In this document: one piece after another, positions 29,919 through 40,856 of the stretch | Numbering within the stretch: the first letter of the stretch is position 1 | Layout of the letters: each line of letters opens with the position of its first letter | Assembly: GCA_963726455.1 (NCBI GenBank) | Contig: CAVSCK010000004.1 | Location: forward strand, 1,312,001-1,376,000 | Direction of reading: 5' to 3' | Length of the DNA stretch: 64,000 bases | Source of the DNA: an uncultured bacterium | Lineage (GTDB): Bacteria; Zixibacteria; MSB-5A5; CAIYYT01 | Notes under the pieces: model-generated | Told to the model about the DNA's origin: nothing | Seen by the model: only the letters and a program-made list of their open reading frames with translations | The model's database searches: none | Translations under genes and position numbers: made by a program

Positions 29919-31100
29919 TTAACCAACAACTCTGTGCTGCTGCCGCACGAACGCAATCTCACGAACGGCGGTTATGGCCGCTTCGATATCTTCGTTTGTG
30001 TTAAACGGCCCAATTCCAAATCGCACTGAGCCATGAATCTTGCTGGTGCCGATCTGCTCGTGCACCAGCGGCGCGCAATGCAGGCCTGTGCGGCTGGCAA
30101 TGTTGTAATCAACATCGAGCATCGTGCCGGTATCGGCAGCTTCCAAGCCATCGACGTTGAAGGTCAGTACGCCGATGTGGTTGGTGAGGTCATCCTGACA
30201 ATACTGAGTCACGCCGTCGACTTGATCTAATCCGTCTCGCAGACTCTTGAGCAGATGGGACTCACGATGATGGATGTTTTCCATCCCCTCATTCAGCAGC
30301 CACTTGACCCCGGCATTCAGTCCGGCAATTCCCGGCAAGTTCGGGGTGCCGTATTCCAGACGATAAGGATATTCATCCAAATGCGTGCGAACCGCCGAAC
30401 GAACTCCCGTTCCGCCGGCACGAGTATGCCTGATATCGATGCCGTCCCGCACGTAGAGGCCGCCGATTCCCATCGGTCCCATCAATGATTTGTGGCCGGT
30501 GAATGCCACCACGTCGATTGACATTTTCTCCATATCTACCGGGATCTTGCCAGCCGTCTGGGAGGTATCCACCAAGAATGGAATTGCTTTCTCACGACAG
30601 ATCTTTCCTATCGCGCCGATCGGCTGGACGGTGCCGATAACATTGGAGCCGTGATTGACCACGACCAGCTTTGTGTTCTTTTTGATTTTCCGCGCGATAT
30701 CGTCCGGATCGACAAATCCGCGGCTGTCGAACGGCACATGATCGACTTCAACATGATTGTACTTATATAGATGATACAGCGGCCTCAGCACCGAGTTGTG
30801 CTCAACATTAGTCGTAATGGCGTGATCGCCCTCCCGCAGCAATCCAAAGATGGCCAGATTGAGCGCATCGGTGGCATTGTATGAGAATATCAGGCGGTTC
30901 GGATCGGAGCCGCCATTGAAGAATTTCGTCAGTAACTTGCGCGTATCCTCAACAATATTGCCGGCGGCAAGGCAGAGGTCGTATCCTGACCGCCCGGGAT
31001 TAACTCCATACTGGCGGTAGAATCGATCCATCGAGACATAGACTTCTTCTGGCTTGGGGAAAGTGGTGGCGCCGTTGTCGAGGTAGATTAGCTTTTCCAT
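29919..31100 (-). CDS. Class V aminotransferase / cysteine desulfurase-family PLP enzyme
   Basis: IYLDNGAT, EHNSV, DTSQTAG, FTGHK, RTGLHCAP; RBS GGAGG. Confidence 0.92.
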   Translation of the reverse strand: MEKLIYLDNGATTFPKPEEVYVSMDRFYRQYGVNPGRSGYDLCLAAGNIVEDTRKLLTKFFNGGSDPNRLIFSYNATDALNLAIFGLLREGDHAITTNVEHNSVLRPLYHLYKYNHVEVDHVPFDSRGFVDPDDIARKIKKNTKLVVVNHGSNVIGTVQPIGAIGKICREKAIPFLVDTSQTAGKIPVDMEKMSIDVVAFTGHKSLMGPMGIGGLYVRDGIDIRHTRAGGTGVRSAVRTHLDEYPYRLEYGTPNLPGIAGLNAGVKWLLNEGMENIHHRESHLLKSLRDGLDQVDGVTQYCQDDLTNHIGVLTFNVDGLEAADTGTMLDVDYNIASRTGLHCAPLVHEQIGTSKIHGSVRFGIGPFNTNEDIEAAITAVREIAFVRQQHRVVG

Positions 31101-31320
31101 TCGCTGCCTCCGTAGCTGACGGATTACTTGCCCAATTCTACGGCTATTTGCGGTCAATGTCAACCTTGTAAACAAGAAGATTTTTCTCGTCAGGACGACT
31201 CTCGCACCGGGCGAAAGACCTTGCCATAACTGCAGCGGTGCTGTACTATCCTACTAAACACCAGCCCCTTTATGGATGAATTTGAATGGTGTGTCCCTCT
31301 TATTCACGTCGGAGAATCCA

Positions 31321-32274
31321 ATGAACAGAAGACAACTGTTACTGGCCGTCGCTACGATTGCGATCGCGCTGATATTACCCTCCTGTGGCAAACAGAAGGA
31401 AGCACCCGGAACGCCGAAAGCAACGAAGCAGGCGGGCGCAAATCTGACCATCGGTGTCTCGCTGTTGACCAGAACTCATCCGTTCTATCAGGACCTTGAG
31501 GCCGGCCTCAAGGAAGCTGCCGACGCCTCCGGCTACAAATTACTGGTGACTGCCGGCGAGTTCGATGTCGCCAAGCAGAAGGACCAGATTCAGGATTTCA
31601 TCGTTCGCAAAGTCAGCGCCATAATCGTTTCGCCCTGCGACTCCAAATCTATCGGTACCGCCATCAAGGCAGCCAATGATGCGGGCATTCCCGTCTTTAC
31701 GGCCGACATTGCCTGTCTGGCAGAGGGTGTCAAGATCATCTGTCACGTCGCCTCCGACAACATTGCCGGTGGGCGTCTCGCCGCTCAGGCCGTGGCTCAG
31801 GCGCTTAACGGAACCGGCAAGGTGGCAATTATTGACCACCCGGAAGTGGAATCAGTGATCCAGCGCGTGAAAGGTTTCGAGGACGAAATCGCAAAAACAC
31901 CCGGGCTGACGATTGTCTCAAAGTTATCGGGTCAGGGCAGAAAAGATCAGGCCTTCCGCACCGCCGAGGACATGCTGCAGGCGCATCCCGATCTCGATGC
32001 CATTTTCGGTATCAATGACGACTCCGCGCTCGGCGCGTTGGCGGCGGTTGAGAAGGCAGGCAAAACCGGTCGCATCAAGATCATCGGATTTGACGCTGTA
32101 CCTGAAGCCAGAGCCGCGATCAAAGAAGGCAAGATCTACGCTGATGTCATTCAGCAGCCGAAGGAAATCGGCAAGAAGACAATCGAGGCGGTCCGTACTT
32201 ACGTGTCCGGCGGACAGGTTTCACCGACTGTTCTGATTCCCTGCGCGCTGTTTACGCAGAAGGACGCGCAATAG
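31321..32274 (+). CDS. Monosaccharide ABC transporter substrate-binding lipoprotein (RbsB-like)
   Basis: Lipobox LPSC; HPFY, ASDN, RVKGF, INDDSALG, IGFDA. Confidence 0.92.
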   Translation: MNRRQLLLAVATIAIALILPSCGKQKEAPGTPKATKQAGANLTIGVSLLTRTHPFYQDLEAGLKEAADASGYKLLVTAGEFDVAKQKDQIQDFIVRKVSAIIVSPCDSKSIGTAIKAANDAGIPVFTADIACLAEGVKIICHVASDNIAGGRLAAQAVAQALNGTGKVAIIDHPEVESVIQRVKGFEDEIAKTPGLTIVSKLSGQGRKDQAFRTAEDMLQAHPDLDAIFGINDDSALGALAAVEKAGKTGRIKIIGFDAVPEARAAIKEGKIYADVIQQPKEIGKKTIEAVRTYVSGGQVSPTVLIPCALFTQKDAQ

Positions 32275-32296
32275 ATCTGATGGGTACCGAGCTTGT

Positions 32297-33790
32297 ATGA
32301 CTTCGCCAAACACTGCCAAACCGATTCTGGAAATGCGGGGGATCCGCAAGGAGTTTCCCGGAGTAGTGGCAGTGAGTTCCGGTTCGTTTGAACTGCGGAC
32401 TGGCGAAATACATGCGCTGGTAGGAGAGAACGGCGCCGGCAAGAGCACTCTGATCAAAGTTCTGACAGGAGTTCATCAAACCGACTCCGGCGATATCCTT
32501 GTCAACGGCAATCCGGTTTCCATTGCCTCCCCACTGGCGGCTCGTCGTGCCGGGATTGCCGCGATCTATCAGGAGTTCACGCTAATTCCTACACTACCGG
32601 TAAGCGCGAATTTGTTTCTCGGACGTGAACAGACACACAAGGGATTCATCGAAGCCGGAACCGAGCGCTCCAAGTCAATGGAGGTCTTTCGGAAACTCGG
32701 CGTATCAATCGATCCCGATTCGGAAGTGCGCGACCTCAATGTCGCGCAACAGCAACTGGTCGAGATCGGCCGCGCGCTGGAGACTGACGCCGCGATTCTC
32801 GTAATGGACGAACCAACCGCAGCACTGACTCCGAACGAGGTCGACAACTTGTTCACTCTGCTTCGTGATTTGGCGAAAAGAGGTATTGGCATAATCTTCA
32901 TCAGCCATCGCCTGGATGAAGTCTTCAACATCGCCGACCGCATCACGGTGATGCGCGACGGACAAACAATCGCTACCGCGGCGACTAAAGATATCAACCG
33001 GCAGCAATTGATTGAGCTCATGGTTGGGCGTTCGCTGGATAAGGAATTTCCGAAAGCTGCAGCGCCCGTCGGAGAGATTCTGCTGGAAGTCCGCAATCTC
33101 TCGGGCGGCAAAGTGCAGGATGTCTCGTTCCATGTCAAACGCGGCGAGGTGCTCGGGATCGCCGGTTTGATGGGCGCCGGACGCACCGAATTGGCGCGCT
33201 TGATATTCGGCGCCGACCGCAAGAAATCGGGCAAAGTTCTGGTTGACGGCGTGGAAGCGGAGATCGATTCACCACGAGAGGCAATCGGACATGGAATTTG
33301 TCTCCTGACCGAAGATCGCAAGTTGCAGGGCTTGATATTGAAAGCCACGGCCAAGGAGAATTTCGCCCTACCGAATCTCAAATCGTGGTCGCGATTGGGA
33401 TTCATCGACACGGCGACGGAATCGCGCCGGTTCGGCGGCCACGTCAAAGATTTGCGCATCCGTATCGCCGGTCCCGATCAGTCAGCCGAGGAACTTTCCG
33501 GCGGCAATCAGCAGAAACTTCTGGTGGCGCGCTGGCTGGAAACAAATTCGCAGGTCATCATTTTCGACGAGCCGACGCGCGGCATCGATGTCGGCGCCAA
33601 GTACGAAATGTATCTGCTCATCAACGATTTGGCCGCTCAGGGTAAGGCGATAATTGTGATATCGTCGGAACTGCCGGAAATCCTCGGCATCAGTGATCGC
33701 ATTCTGGTGATGCGCGAAGGCCAGGTATCGGGAGAAATCACCGACATGGCCAAAGCCGATCAGACCTCCATTATGGCGCTGGCAACTTAG
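32297..33790 (+). CDS. Monosaccharide ABC transporter ATPase (RbsA-like, tandem NBDs)
   Basis: GENGAGKST, MDEPT, LSGGNQQK, DEPTRGIDVGAK. Confidence 0.95.
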   Translation: MTSPNTAKPILEMRGIRKEFPGVVAVSSGSFELRTGEIHALVGENGAGKSTLIKVLTGVHQTDSGDILVNGNPVSIASPLAARRAGIAAIYQEFTLIPTLPVSANLFLGREQTHKGFIEAGTERSKSMEVFRKLGVSIDPDSEVRDLNVAQQQLVEIGRALETDAAILVMDEPTAALTPNEVDNLFTLLRDLAKRGIGIIFISHRLDEVFNIADRITVMRDGQTIATAATKDINRQQLIELMVGRSLDKEFPKAAAPVGEILLEVRNLSGGKVQDVSFHVKRGEVLGIAGLMGAGRTELARLIFGADRKKSGKVLVDGVEAEIDSPREAIGHGICLLTEDRKLQGLILKATAKENFALPNLKSWSRLGFIDTATESRRFGGHVKDLRIRIAGPDQSAEELSGGNQQKLLVARWLETNSQVIIFDEPTRGIDVGAKYEMYLLINDLAAQGKAIIVISSELPEILGISDRILVMREGQVSGEITDMAKADQTSIMALAT

Positions 33791-33799
33791 CGCAGCAGC

Positions 33800-35173
33800 G
33801 TGGCACCGATGAGTACATCTCAGAACAGCAGATCAAGACTGGCACTGACCCGACTGCTGCGCGATTATGGCATGCTGATCGTGCTGCTATTACTCTGCCT
33901 GCTCTTCTCGATTCTCACCATCAGCGAACAACACCCAACCGGCGCAACGGCGGCGAATAAAGTGGCAGGCGAATTGCGCAAGAGTGCCGCGCTTGATCAG
34001 GGAATCATGATTGTCGGTCGCACCAGCAATGAGGATAGCGCCTTTGCTCATGCTCTCACAATCGAATTAGAGTCGCAGGGAGCAGCCAATGTCGTCACGA
34101 TTCTGGGTGATCCTGCGACGATTAAGACAGAGATTGAGCAACTTGCCGATTCAGGCAGGACATTTGGAAGTATCGTAACGACCGAATCGTTCGCGCCGAT
34201 CGTTGAGAATATCAAATCACAGATTCCCGGCTTGTCAGCTACGCGCGTTGTCGTGCCTCCCTCCTATCGTTGGCCGACATTCCTGCTGGCCGACAATGTC
34301 CGCAACGTCGCCAATCAGATCACGGTCATTGCGATCATTGCCATCGGGATGACGATGGTGATTATCACGGCCGGGATTGATTTATCCGTTGGAAGTCTGG
34401 TCGCGCTGTCGGCGGTGCTGGTGGCCTGGCTGATCGGGCAACTTGGCGGAGCCATCGCGTCACCGTTCGCAATGATAATCGCCTCAATCGGAGCGATACT
34501 CTTGTGCGGAGCTACCGGCGCATTCAGCGGCCTGATGATCACGCGCTTTCGCATTCCGCCGTTTATCGCGACTCTCGCAATGATGCAGGTCGCCGCAGGC
34601 GTGGCTTACATCATATCCCAGGGAAAACCGATCTATCAGATTCCCGACAGCTTCATCCTGCTGGGGCGTGGAGTCGATCCGTTTCTGAGGATTCCTTACG
34701 CCGTGATGTTGATGCTGGTACTCTATATCCTGGCGCATATCCTCATGACGCGCACTACGACCGGCCGCTACATCTATGCCGTCGGCGGCAACATGGAAGC
34801 CGCGCGCCTCGCCGGAATACGAGTCTCGTTGATTTTGTTCTTTGCCTACACGCTGTGCGGAATGCTCGCCGGCCTCGGAGGCGTAGTCATGGCATCACAA
34901 CTCAAGAGCGGTGCACCGACCTATGGATTAACCTACGAACTTTATGTAATTGCGGCGGTCGTCGTCGGTGGCACCAGTTTGTCAGGCGGCGAAGGCAAAA
35001 TATTCGGCACGCTCATCGGCGCGTTCATAATCGCGGTGATCCAAAACGGAATGAATTTGACCAATGTCGAAAGCTACACGCAGAAAGTCGTGCTGGGTCT
35101 GGTGATCCTTGGCGCCGTCTTGCTTGATCGGCTGAAGCAACAGGGATTTCGAATGCGAAAGTTCGGGTTCTAA
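33800..35173 (+). CDS. Monosaccharide ABC permease (RbsC-like) with an inserted soluble domain
   Basis: GIDLSVG, IPPFIATL, YAVGGN, IAAVVVGGTSL; about 115 extra residues after TM1. Confidence 0.92.
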   Translation: MAPMSTSQNSRSRLALTRLLRDYGMLIVLLLLCLLFSILTISEQHPTGATAANKVAGELRKSAALDQGIMIVGRTSNEDSAFAHALTIELESQGAANVVTILGDPATIKTEIEQLADSGRTFGSIVTTESFAPIVENIKSQIPGLSATRVVVPPSYRWPTFLLADNVRNVANQITVIAIIAIGMTMVIITAGIDLSVGSLVALSAVLVAWLIGQLGGAIASPFAMIIASIGAILLCGATGAFSGLMITRFRIPPFIATLAMMQVAAGVAYIISQGKPIYQIPDSFILLGRGVDPFLRIPYAVMLMLVLYILAHILMTRTTTGRYIYAVGGNMEAARLAGIRVSLILFFAYTLCGMLAGLGGVVMASQLKSGAPTYGLTYELYVIAAVVVGGTSLSGGEGKIFGTLIGAFIIAVIQNGMNLTNVESYTQKVVLGLVILGAVLLDRLKQQGFRMRKFGF

Positions 35174-35229
35174 TGGAATATTTGCAGGCGGCGCGATAAC
35201 GCCGCAGTTGGAGAACAGAGGGATTGAGT

Positions 35230-38200
35230 ATGAGAAAAGCCATAACGATTTTGGTGAGTTTGTTTCTGATCGCGCTGGCGTCAGCAGCGGCGCAATCGTC
35301 GCCGGATGCCGCCGGCCAGAAGAAGCGCAACCTGTATGTCGTCGGCGTGTCGCATCTGGACACGCAATGGCGCTGGACGATTCAAAACACGATCAATGAA
35401 TATGTGCCCGCCACTTTCCGCGACAACTTCAAGTTGATGCAACAGTATCCCAACTATGTGTTCAGCTTTGAGGGCGCATTCAAATACATGCTTTTCAAGG
35501 AATACTATCCTGACGAGTATCTGAAACTCAAACCGTTCGTGGCTTCCGGTCAGTGGCGCCTTGCCGGCAGTTGGGTGGATGCCGTCGATGTCAACATGCC
35601 GTCCTTCGAATCGCTCGTGCGGCAAGTGCTGTACGGCAACGGATATTTCAAAAAGGAATTCGGCAAGACCAGCCGCGATGTGCTGCTTCCCGATTGCTTT
35701 GGATTCGGTTATGCTTTGCCGTCGATTGCCGCGCATTGCGGTTTGAAAAGCTTTTCGACGCAAAAGCTCAGTTGGGGTTCGTCAGTCGGTGTGCCGTTCG
35801 ATATCGGCGTCTGGGAAGGTGTCGACGGCTCGACATTGGTATCCGCGTTGAATCCGGGCGCCTATGTCACACAGATTGAAAGCGATCTCAGTCGCGATAC
35901 GGCCTGGTTGCGCACCATCGACCATCAGGGTGACACGTCTGGATTGTATGCTGGCTACATGTACTTCGGCACCGGCGACACCGGCGGCTCACCCGATTCG
36001 GCGTCGGTGGCGTGGCTGGACAAATCACTCAAGAGCGACGGCCCGATTTCTGTGCACAGCATCGGCTCGGATGATCTGGTGGACATTGTCAACGCCCAAA
36101 AGGACACCCATCTTCCGCGCTACAAAGGCGAGTTGCTGATGACCCGTCACGGCGTTGGTTGTTACACATCGCAGGCAGCCATGAAACGCTGGAACCGTAA
36201 GAACGAGTTGCTGGCCGATGCCACCGAAAGGGCTTCGGTGATTGCGTCGGCGTTGGGCGGCCTGACCTACCCGCGCGACCAGATTAAGGACACCTGGGTG
36301 AGATTCCTCTGGCACCAATTCCACGACGATCTGACCGGCACAAGTATCCCGGAGGCCTATCAGTTTTCGTGGAATGACGAAATCCTCTGTCAAAACCGAT
36401 TCACCGGAATGTTGGAGAATGCCGTCGAAGCCACAACACCCGTGCTGGACACACGTGTCAAGGGCGTGCCGTTAGTCGTATTTAACCCGCTGGCGATCGA
36501 ACGTGAGGATGTAGTTGAGGCCACGGTGATTTTCCCCGACAAAGTTCCCAGCTGCCATTCGAGTGTATGGCCCGGACGGCAAGGAAGTTCCCTCGCAACT
36601 CGGCACGAAATATGGCGACAGCGTCACGGTTGTGTTCCTCGCCAAAGTGCCCTCAGTCGGGTATGCCGTGTATGACGTGCGCGCAGAGAAATCTGCTTCC
36701 ACACAGAAGACTGACCTTGCAGCTACAACCTCTTCATTGGAAAATTCGAAATATGTTGTGAAGCTGAACGACGCCGGTGATGTCGCATCTATCTTCGACA
36801 AGATAAACAATCGCGAATTGCTAACGGCGCCCATCCAGCTTCAGTTATTGCACGATAAACCCAAACAGTGGCCGGCGTGGGAAATCCAATACGACGATAT
36901 TGTTGCGGCTCCACAAGCGACTGTCGGCGGCAAGGCAGAAATTACAGTGGTTGAAAACGGACCGGCGCGTGTCGCTCTGGAAGTTGTTCGGCGCACAGAC
37001 AAGTCAACCTTCCGTACACTGATCCGCCTGTCGTCCGGAGGCGATCGAATCGAATTCGTCAATGAAATCTACTGGTATGAACGCGAGACGCTTCTGAAGG
37101 CGGCGTTCCCACTCGCAACCGCAAATGAAAGTGTCACCTACGACATCGGCCTGGGAACGATTGAGCGCGGCCTTAACACGCCCAAGAAATATGAAGTTCC
37201 GGCACAGCAGTGGGCCGACATGACCTCACCGGGCGGCGACTACGGTGTGGCAATCATGAACGACTGCAAGTACGGCTGGGATCATCCGGACAAAGGAACG
37301 CTGCGGCTGTCGCTCATTCACACGCCCGGCGTTTACGATAGCTGGCAGTGGGTCGGTGACCAGCGGTCGCAGGACGAAGGCCACCACGAATTCACCTATG
37401 CCTTGCAAGGCCACAGCGGCGATTGGCGCCAAGGTGCGGTGGTCTGGCAGGCGGCACGTCTTAATCAGCCGCTCATCGCGTTTCAGGCTCCGAAACACAA
37501 AGGCACACTGGGCAAAGAGTATTCGCTGCTGTCCGTGACAACCGGAGGACGCGAAGGAAAATCGGCGTCATCGCCGACGAATCCGGAAGTCATGGTCACC
37601 GCCGTCAAAATGAGCGAGACAGACAATGACGAAGTTGTGATTCGGATGCGCGAGTTGAATGGCAAGTCTGTCGCCAACGTGCAGGTACGTTTCGACAAAC
37701 CCATCGTTTCCGCTCGCGAGCTGAATGGTGCTGAGGAACCATTGGGAGAAGCGCAGGTCACGGCAGGCGCGTTGGTAACAATGATGAAACCATACGAGCC
37801 GAAGACGTTCGCCGTCAAAATTGGCAAACCCGACAAGATCAGGACATCGCCGACCTATTCGCCGCTGCAACTTCTTTACAACAGCGACGGCATCAGCACC
37901 GACTCCGATCGTCGTGACGGCAATATCGATGGCGCCGGAAACAGCATTGCAGGTGAGCTGCTTGCCGACACGGTCATCTGGCAGAATGTTCCGTTCGTGA
38001 TGGGACCCAAGGCAGTCGGCGCCGGCAATGTTGTGATTTGCGGCGGACAGAAGCTGGAAATTGACGCCGGTCCTGAGCGTCGTTTGTATGTTCTGGCGAC
38101 CGCGGTGGGTGGACCCGCAGAAGGAACATTCACCATAGGTGACCGCAGATCAACAGTCTGGGTGCAGGACTACGCGGAACGATTGGGACAGTGGAACAAT

Positions 38201-39217
38201 CGACTGAATAGCGGCGCGCTCCTGGAAGAATCGGATCGGATCGCACCCGCTTATATCAATCGCGAACCGATTGGCTGGGTGAGCACTCATCGCCACACCG
38301 GCAAGGGCGAAAATGAGGCGTATCAATTCACGTATCTCTATCTGCTGCGCTTCGAAGTTCCGCAGAGAGTGACCTCAATCACACTGCCTGATAACCCGCG
38401 CCTAAAGATTTTCGCAGCGACGCTGGCAACAGCGGAATTTGACGACATTCGGGCGGCACAGCCGATGTATGATATATCTAACGCCGCCGTATCAAACATT
38501 ATTGCCGAGCGCACGGCATTCATGGACAATACGACTGCGCAAATTAGCTGTCCTTATCCGGGCGCCGAGATTCATTACACGATCGACGACACAGAACCGT
38601 CCGCGAGTTCGCCACGTTACACGCAGCCGCTGACTATTTCGCACACGACGACGTTGAAAGCGCGCGCACTGCTGGCGAGTGTCGATGATCATTACGTCTC
38701 GCAGGTGACATTCACCAAGCTCATTCCGAAAGAACCGGTCAAAGTCGCCAAACTCATATCAGGTCTCGACGGCAACTACTATGAAGGCGCCTGGTCGAAA
38801 CTGCCAAACTTCGATTCACTGAAAGCGAAAAAGCAATTCGTGATGGATACCATAGGCATTCCGTCATTTGCACAGAAAGAGGATTTCGGGCTGGTCATCA
38901 CCGGCTACGTGCAAGTTCCGCGCGACGGCATGTACGAGTTTGCGATTAGTTCTGACGACGGCAGCACGCTTACAATATCCGATTCACTTCTGGTCGACAA
39001 CGACGGATTGCATGGCTCAGGAGAAGTCGCCGGCGCACTGGCACTCAAGGCGGGCCTGCATCCGATCAAAGTTCGCATGTTTCAGGCCAAAGGCGGCGAG
39101 GATTTGCGCGTCTGGATTTCCGGACCCGGTGTCGAGAAGCAACTGATACCAAGAGAAATGCTCTATCACATAACTACTACAAGAAGCGCCGCTAGAGGTG
39201 TCGGATCAAAGCACTAA
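35230..39217 (+). CDS. Exported GH38 alpha-mannosidase with C-terminal FN3-associated and PA14-like domains, with an apparent 1-nt frameshift at 36547-36549
   Basis: SHLDTQW, LPDCFG, HQFHDD. Removing one C of CCC joins ORFs 35224-36675 and 36563-39217 (KVPAAIRVYGPDG). EIHYTIDDTEP and SDDGS...VDNDGLHG motifs follow. Confidence 0.9.
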
Positions 39218-39238
39218 GACGATCTTGAGATGTAGAGT

Positions 39239-39622
39239 ATGGCGACTGAGAAATCGTTCACGGATCGTGTGAAGTCAATCCTCAAAAAGATTCCCCGTGG
39301 CAAGGTGGCGAGCTATGGTCAGGTCGCCGCGTTAGCCGGCAGCCCACGCGGTGCCCGTCAAGTGGTCTGGATATTGCATTCATCAACGGACAAAGATCGC
39401 CTGCCCTGGCAGCGGGTGATTAACAGCAAAGGCCGTATCGGACTGCCGCACGGCGACGGCTACGAGTTGCAGAAATCAATGCTCGAAAGCGAAGGAGTGG
39501 CGTTCGGTCGCGACGACGTGATTGATTTCGCCAGGTTCGGTTGGCGGCCCAAATCTCCGACTAGGACTAATGCGAAAGCGAATCACCGAGCGCACGAATC
39601 CAAATCTCGCGGACGCCGTTAA
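39239..39622 (+). CDS. Alkyltransferase-like (Atl/YbaZ, MGMT family) DNA-binding protein
   Basis: IPRGKVASYGQVA, ARQV, and PWQRV with Trp replacing the catalytic Cys. Confidence 0.88.
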   Translation: MATEKSFTDRVKSILKKIPRGKVASYGQVAALAGSPRGARQVVWILHSSTDKDRLPWQRVINSKGRIGLPHGDGYELQKSMLESEGVAFGRDDVIDFARFGWRPKSPTRTNAKANHRAHESKSRGRR

Positions 39623-40208
39623 CTTTCTCCAAGAACTCGACAATCTCCGAACCGTGCACCAGACGCTGGATTTCCGCGTCGGAAAAGAATCTCCAGATCT
39701 TTCTCAACTGATCGCCCTTGGTGTAATATCGAGCGCCGTCGGGAAGAACCTCGTATCGATCGGTTGGCTCATCCTCCTCGCCGTCGAATGTGAGATAGAC
39801 CACGCCCCCGTCCTTTACCACTCGGACTATCTCCCGCATGGTCTTGGTCGCATCGGCCACTGTCATGTGATCAAGCACGGAGTTGCAGATGATGGCATCG
39901 AAGCTGCTGGTCGCGAACGGTAGAAACTGGGATGAACAAACCGTAGTCTCGATTTCAAGTTTGAGTGATGCGGCCAGACTCCGAAGCCGCTTGATTGCTA
40001 CTTCAGAAATATCTGCTGAATGTACTCGAAAACCGGCCTGCGCAAGTGGGATACTCCATCGACCATAACCACAGCCCAGGTCGAGCAGATCGCCCACTCT
40101 GAACTGTTGGAGACGGAGTATGATCGGGTCAAGACGTGCGTTGGAAACCGGATGGAAGTCTGTGAGACTGCAAAAACAACGATCCCAAAATACGCGCGTT
40201 TCGTTCAT
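39567..40208 (-). CDS. Class I SAM-dependent methyltransferase
   Basis: LLDLGCGYGR, LPFATSSFDAI, RVVKDGG. Confidence 0.88.
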   Translation of the reverse strand: MNETRVFWDRCFCSLTDFHPVSNARLDPIILRLQQFRVGDLLDLGCGYGRWSIPLAQAGFRVHSADISEVAIKRLRSLAASLKLEIETTVCSSQFLPFATSSFDAIICNSVLDHMTVADATKTMREIVRVVKDGGVVYLTFDGEEDEPTDRYEVLPDGARYYTKGDQLRKIWRFFSDAEIQRLVHGSEIVEFLEKVNGVREIWIRALGDSLSH

Positions 40209-40223
40209 GGAGATTTGCTTCTG

Positions 40224-40571
40224 TTAATACGCCCCGCGCTCGGGCACGATGCAGATGAACTCGAATTCCTCGGCATAGGGATTTCGGAATTGATGCATTG
40301 TATTTGGCGGCACCAGCGCAAAATCACCGGCGGCCACTTCGGTCACTTCGTCCCCTATTGTCAGAGTCCCCTTGCCCTTCATTATGTAGTTGACATGTTT
40401 CCAATCGTGCTGATGATGCGGCGTAAAGCCACCCGGCGCAATGCGGAACACGCGCAGCATGTGCGATTTCCAGCCCTGGCTCGGACCGATAATATTGGCC
40501 TTGCGCGCGCCTGACACGCCTTCCATATTGACAGGTAGTAACGTAATTTCATCATGTTTGAACAGCGGCAT
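40224..40571 (-). CDS. Cupin-domain protein
   Basis: PHHQHDWKH...GKG and VPPNTMHQFRN. Confidence 0.88.
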   Translation of the reverse strand: MPLFKHDEITLLPVNMEGVSGARKANIIGPSQGWKSHMLRVFRIAPGGFTPHHQHDWKHVNYIMKGKGTLTIGDEVTEVAAGDFALVPPNTMHQFRNPYAEEFEFICIVPERGAY

Positions 40572-40791
40572 AGTGTCCTCTCAGATTGGGTCGTTTGTCC
40601 TTAGAGATAATTATACGACGATCCGGCGGGAGGCACCAGGCCAAAGAATAATTGCCGGAAAACTAAGTTTGAAGCTGGTTATCTGGTCTCTCTAAATGGA
40701 TAGCCGGTAAACACGAAAACGGGGCGCAGGAACAATCAGCTCGAGCACCAACTATATGGCAATCAAAGGGAATGAGAATTTGCAGCGAACC

Positions 40792-40805
40792 GGCACGTTC
40801 CATGC
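40792..40805 (+). promoter_or_regulatory. sigma54 (-24/-12) promoter
   Basis: cGGCACGTTCCATGCa, i.e. GG-N10-GC, about 50 nt upstream of the ATG at 40857. Confidence 0.6.
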
Positions 40806-40856
40806 AACTCTTCCTGACTGGCAATGCTCATAGAACATAATCTCGAGGAATCACCC

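Noticed and set aside
31321-35173. Naming the ABC transporter rbsBAC
   Set aside because: No rbsK, rbsD or rbsR adjacent, and the neighbour is a mannosidase; substrate unresolved.
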